Below are positions 39,719 through 42,218 of a stretch of DNA of 42,218 nucleotides, piece after piece. The DNA comes from Candidatus Fermentibacteraceae bacterium. GTDB lineage: Bacteria > Fermentibacterota > Fermentibacteria > Fermentibacterales > JCC-6. The first letter of the stretch is position 1; the number at the start of each line of letters is the position of its first letter. Location: assembly GCA_041686025.1 (NCBI GenBank), contig JAWLEP010000027.1, forward strand, positions 1 to 42,218. Reading direction: 5' to 3'. Position numbers and translations under genes: made by a program. The notes under the pieces were generated by a model. It saw only the letters and a list, made by a program, of their open reading frames with translations. It did no database searches and was not told the DNA's origin.

Positions 39719-41188
39719 CTACCCCTCGCCCAGGCCGCGCAGGTGCGGAAAGAGTATGGTGTCCCTTATGGACCGGGCGTCCGTGAGGAGCATCACCAGG
39801 CGGTCGATTCCCACTCCCAGGCCGCCGGTGGGGGGCATGCCCACCTCCAGGGCGAACAGGAAGTCCTCGTCCACCCTTCCATCCCGCAGGCCGCTCTCCG
39901 CCGCCTGCTGCTCCAGCCGCCTGCGCTGGGCCACCGGGTCGTTCTGCTCGCTGAAGCTGTTGCCCAGCTCCAGGCCGGCGGCGAACAGCTCGAAGCGCTC
40001 GGTGATTCCCTGTGCTCCGGCCTTGGCCTTGGCCAGCGGCGACAGCTCCTCGGGGTAGTCGACCACGAAGGTGGGCTCGATTATGGAGTCGGCCACGTAG
40101 TGGTCGAAGAGCTTGTCCAGCAGGCCGGGCCTGTCCGTCGTACCCCCCGCGATCTCCAGGTCGTCTGCCAGCTTCCGCAGCTCCGAGGCATCCCGGGAGA
40201 GGAGGTCCTCCCCGCTGGCCTTCCGCAGGCTCTCGCAGAATCCCATCCTCCTGAAGGGAGGCGAGATGCTCAGCTGGGTCCCCCGGTAGGATATGGTCTC
40301 TCCCAGGCCGCACTCCTCGGCGGACGCGGCCACCATCTCCTCGAAGCGCCGCATCATCACCTCGTAGTCGGCCCAGGCCTCGTACAGCTCCAGCTGGGTG
40401 AACTCCGGGCTGTGGGTCCGGTCCACGCCCTCGTTGCGGAAGTCCTTGCCGATCTCGTAGACCCGGTCTATTCCCCCGGCCACCAGTCTCTTCAGGTACA
40501 GCTCGGTGGCGATGCGCAGGTAGAACTCCCGGTCCAGGTAGTTGTAGCGGGTTATGAAGGGCTCCGCGGCGGCCCCTCCGTAGAGGGACTGCAGTATGGG
40601 CGTCTCCACCTCCAGGAAACCGCTTTCGTCCAGGTAGCTCCGTATGGCGGCGATTATCCCCGTGCGGCTGAGGAAGCGCCGCAGCGACTCCGGGTTCACC
40701 TGCAGGTCCACGCACCGGTGGCGGTAGAGGTAGTCCCGGTCGCTCACCACGTCGTGGCGGACCCCCTCCTCGTCGGTCTTCACAACGGGCAGGGGCCGAA
40801 GGCTCTTGCACAGCATGCGCAGCGAGGACGCCTTCACGGAGAGCTCGCCCATGCGGGTGGTGAACACCGGCCCGGCCGCCTCCACGATGTCGCCCAGGTC
40901 CAGCAGGCCCACCAGGCTCCAGGTCTCGTCGTCCAGGTCGTTCTTGCGGATGAAGAGCTGTATGGCCGCCCCCTGGCCCTCCAGGTCGGCGAAAATGGTC
41001 TTGCCGTGACGGCGCACGGCCCTGATCCTCCCGGCCACGGTAACCGGCTCATCGGTCTCTCCGGCCTCCCGCACCTCGGGCACCGGCGCGGGGCTGGGCG
41101 GACGGGCCGGATAGGGCTCCACCCCCAGCTTCCGCAGCTGCTGCAGCTTCTGGATCCTGTTCTCCACCTGCTCTTCTCTGTCGCTCAT
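39719..41188 (-). CDS. lysS: Lysyl-tRNA synthetase (class II)
   Basis: VAGRI, FLEVETPIL, GGAAAEPF, LRIATELYLKRL, FRNEG, ERFELF, GMPPTGGLGVGIDRL. Confidence 0.98.
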   Translation of the reverse strand: MSDREEQVENRIQKLQQLRKLGVEPYPARPPSPAPVPEVREAGETDEPVTVAGRIRAVRRHGKTIFADLEGQGAAIQLFIRKNDLDDETWSLVGLLDLGDIVEAAGPVFTTRMGELSVKASSLRMLCKSLRPLPVVKTDEEGVRHDVVSDRDYLYRHRCVDLQVNPESLRRFLSRTGIIAAIRSYLDESGFLEVETPILQSLYGGAAAEPFITRYNYLDREFYLRIATELYLKRLVAGGIDRVYEIGKDFRNEGVDRTHSPEFTQLELYEAWADYEVMMRRFEEMVAASAEECGLGETISYRGTQLSISPPFRRMGFCESLRKASGEDLLSRDASELRKLADDLEIAGGTTDRPGLLDKLFDHYVADSIIEPTFVVDYPEELSPLAKAKAGAQGITERFELFAAGLELGNSFSEQNDPVAQRRRLEQQAAESGLRDGRVDEDFLFALEVGMPPTGGLGVGIDRLVMLLTDARSIRDTILFPHLRGLGEG

Positions 41189-41213
41189 GCCTGCGCTCCC
41201 CGCTCTATCTCCC

Positions 41214-42218
41214 TCAGCCCACCATTCTCAGGTAGGCCTCTATCAGCTCCTGTATGTCACCGGCCAGCACCGCGTCCACGTTGGAGGTCTCGGTGTTCGT
41301 CCTGTGGTCCTTCACCATCTGGTAGGGGTGGAGAACGTAGGACCGTATCTGGTTGCCCCAGGAGACGTCCTTCTTGCCCTCCTCCAGCTTCTCCCGCTCC
41401 TTTCGGCGCTTCTCCTCCTCGCGCTCGTAGAGCCGGGCCTTGAGGATCTTCATGGCCATCTCCCGGTTGCGGTGCTGCGACCGCTGGTTCTGGCAGGTCA
41501 CCACTATCCCCGTGGGCTCGTGGGTTATCCGCACCGCCGAGGAGGTCTTGTTCACGTGCTGCCCGCCTGCGCCGCTGGCCCGGTAGGTGTCCATCCGGAT
41601 GTCCTCGTCGCGGACCTCCACCTCGATGGACTCGTCCAGCTCGGGCAGGGCGAAAACGGACGCGAAGCTGGTGTGCCGCCGGTGGTTCTGGTCGAAGGGA
41701 GACTTGCGCACCAGCCTGTGGATACCGTTCTCGGCGCTGAGGTAGCCATAGGCGAAGGGGCCCTTCACCGACAGGACGGCCTCCCGGATGCCGGCCTCGT
41801 CGCCCTCCTGGCAGCTGAGCACCTCCAGGTCGAAGCCCTGCTTCTCGGCCCAGTAGGTGTACATCTTCAGGAGCATCTCGGCCCAGTCCTGGCTGTCTAT
41901 GCCCCCGGCCCCGGACCTGATGGTCAGTATGGCGTCGTTCTCGTCGTGGGGCCCGGAGAGCATCTGGCGGAACTCCAGCCGGTCCAGCCGGTCCGAGACC
42001 TGCATCAGCGCCTGACGGGCGTCTTCGGCCAGCTCCTGGTCCGATTCCTCGCTCATCAGCTCCAGGGCGGCCTCCACGTCGCCCAGCCTGGCTTCCAGCT
42101 CGACCACCGGCCTGGTCCACGCCTGAAGCTTCTTCATCTCCCGCACGGTCTTCATGGCCGACTCATGGTCGTTCCAGAACGAGGGGTCGCCCATCTCCCC
42201 CTCCAGGGCGGCAACTCT
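41214..42218 (-). CDS. prfB: Peptide chain release factor 2; 5' end lies outside the window
   Basis: DWAEML, ENGIHRLVRKSPF (SPF anticodon motif), GAGGQHVNKT, WGNQIRSYV. The frame stays open to the window edge (RVAALEGEMGDPSFW). Confidence 0.97.
   Translation of the reverse strand, partial: RVAALEGEMGDPSFWNDHESAMKTVREMKKLQAWTRPVVELEARLGDVEAALELMSEESDQELAEDARQALMQVSDRLDRLEFRQMLSGPHDENDAILTIRSGAGGIDSQDWAEMLLKMYTYWAEKQGFDLEVLSCQEGDEAGIREAVLSVKGPFAYGYLSAENGIHRLVRKSPFDQNHRRHTSFASVFALPELDESIEVEVRDEDIRMDTYRASGAGGQHVNKTSSAVRITHEPTGIVVTCQNQRSQHRNREMAMKILKARLYEREEEKRRKEREKLEEGKKDVSWGNQIRSYVLHPYQMVKDHRTNTETSNVDAVLAGDIQELIEAYLRMVG

Noticed and set aside
41214..42218. prfB programmed +1 frameshift (CTT TGA)
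   Set aside because: The site would lie upstream, outside the window, so it cannot be assessed.

Overview
GC-rich, densely coding, mostly minus-strand chromosome segment from a diderm bacterium. The SprA, LpxC-FabZ fusion and DUF5683-like protein suggest a non-Bacteroidota FCB-group lineage (inference). Reading right to left: (1) a conserved envelope block, prfB(partial)-lysS-lolC/E-lolD-clpC-bamA-skp-lpxD-lpxC/fabZ-lpxA, extended by DUF5683, an ECF sigma factor and a zinc-finger anti-sigma; (2) a CsgG/FlgT-like protein with a C-terminal beta-barrel; (3) a lone + strand membrane protein; (4) an M1-aminopeptidase-like lipoprotein lacking catalytic residues, a GH57 glucanotransferase and ligA; (5) an Fe/B12-family ABC importer plus a lipoprotein; (6) + strand lptF-lptG-serC; (7) a T9SS translocon homologue (sprA) directly upstream of a type IV pilus motor cluster (pilB, pilB, pilT, pilC partial). 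The most notable observations are two tandem PilB paralogues with complementary degeneration (one keeps the c-di-GMP MshEN motif but has altered ATPase motifs; the other shows the reverse), the sprA-pilus motor juxtaposition, and the M1 pseudopeptidase. I recognised no rRNA, tRNA, CRISPR array or transposase. All family assignments come from motif recognition by eye, not database searches.
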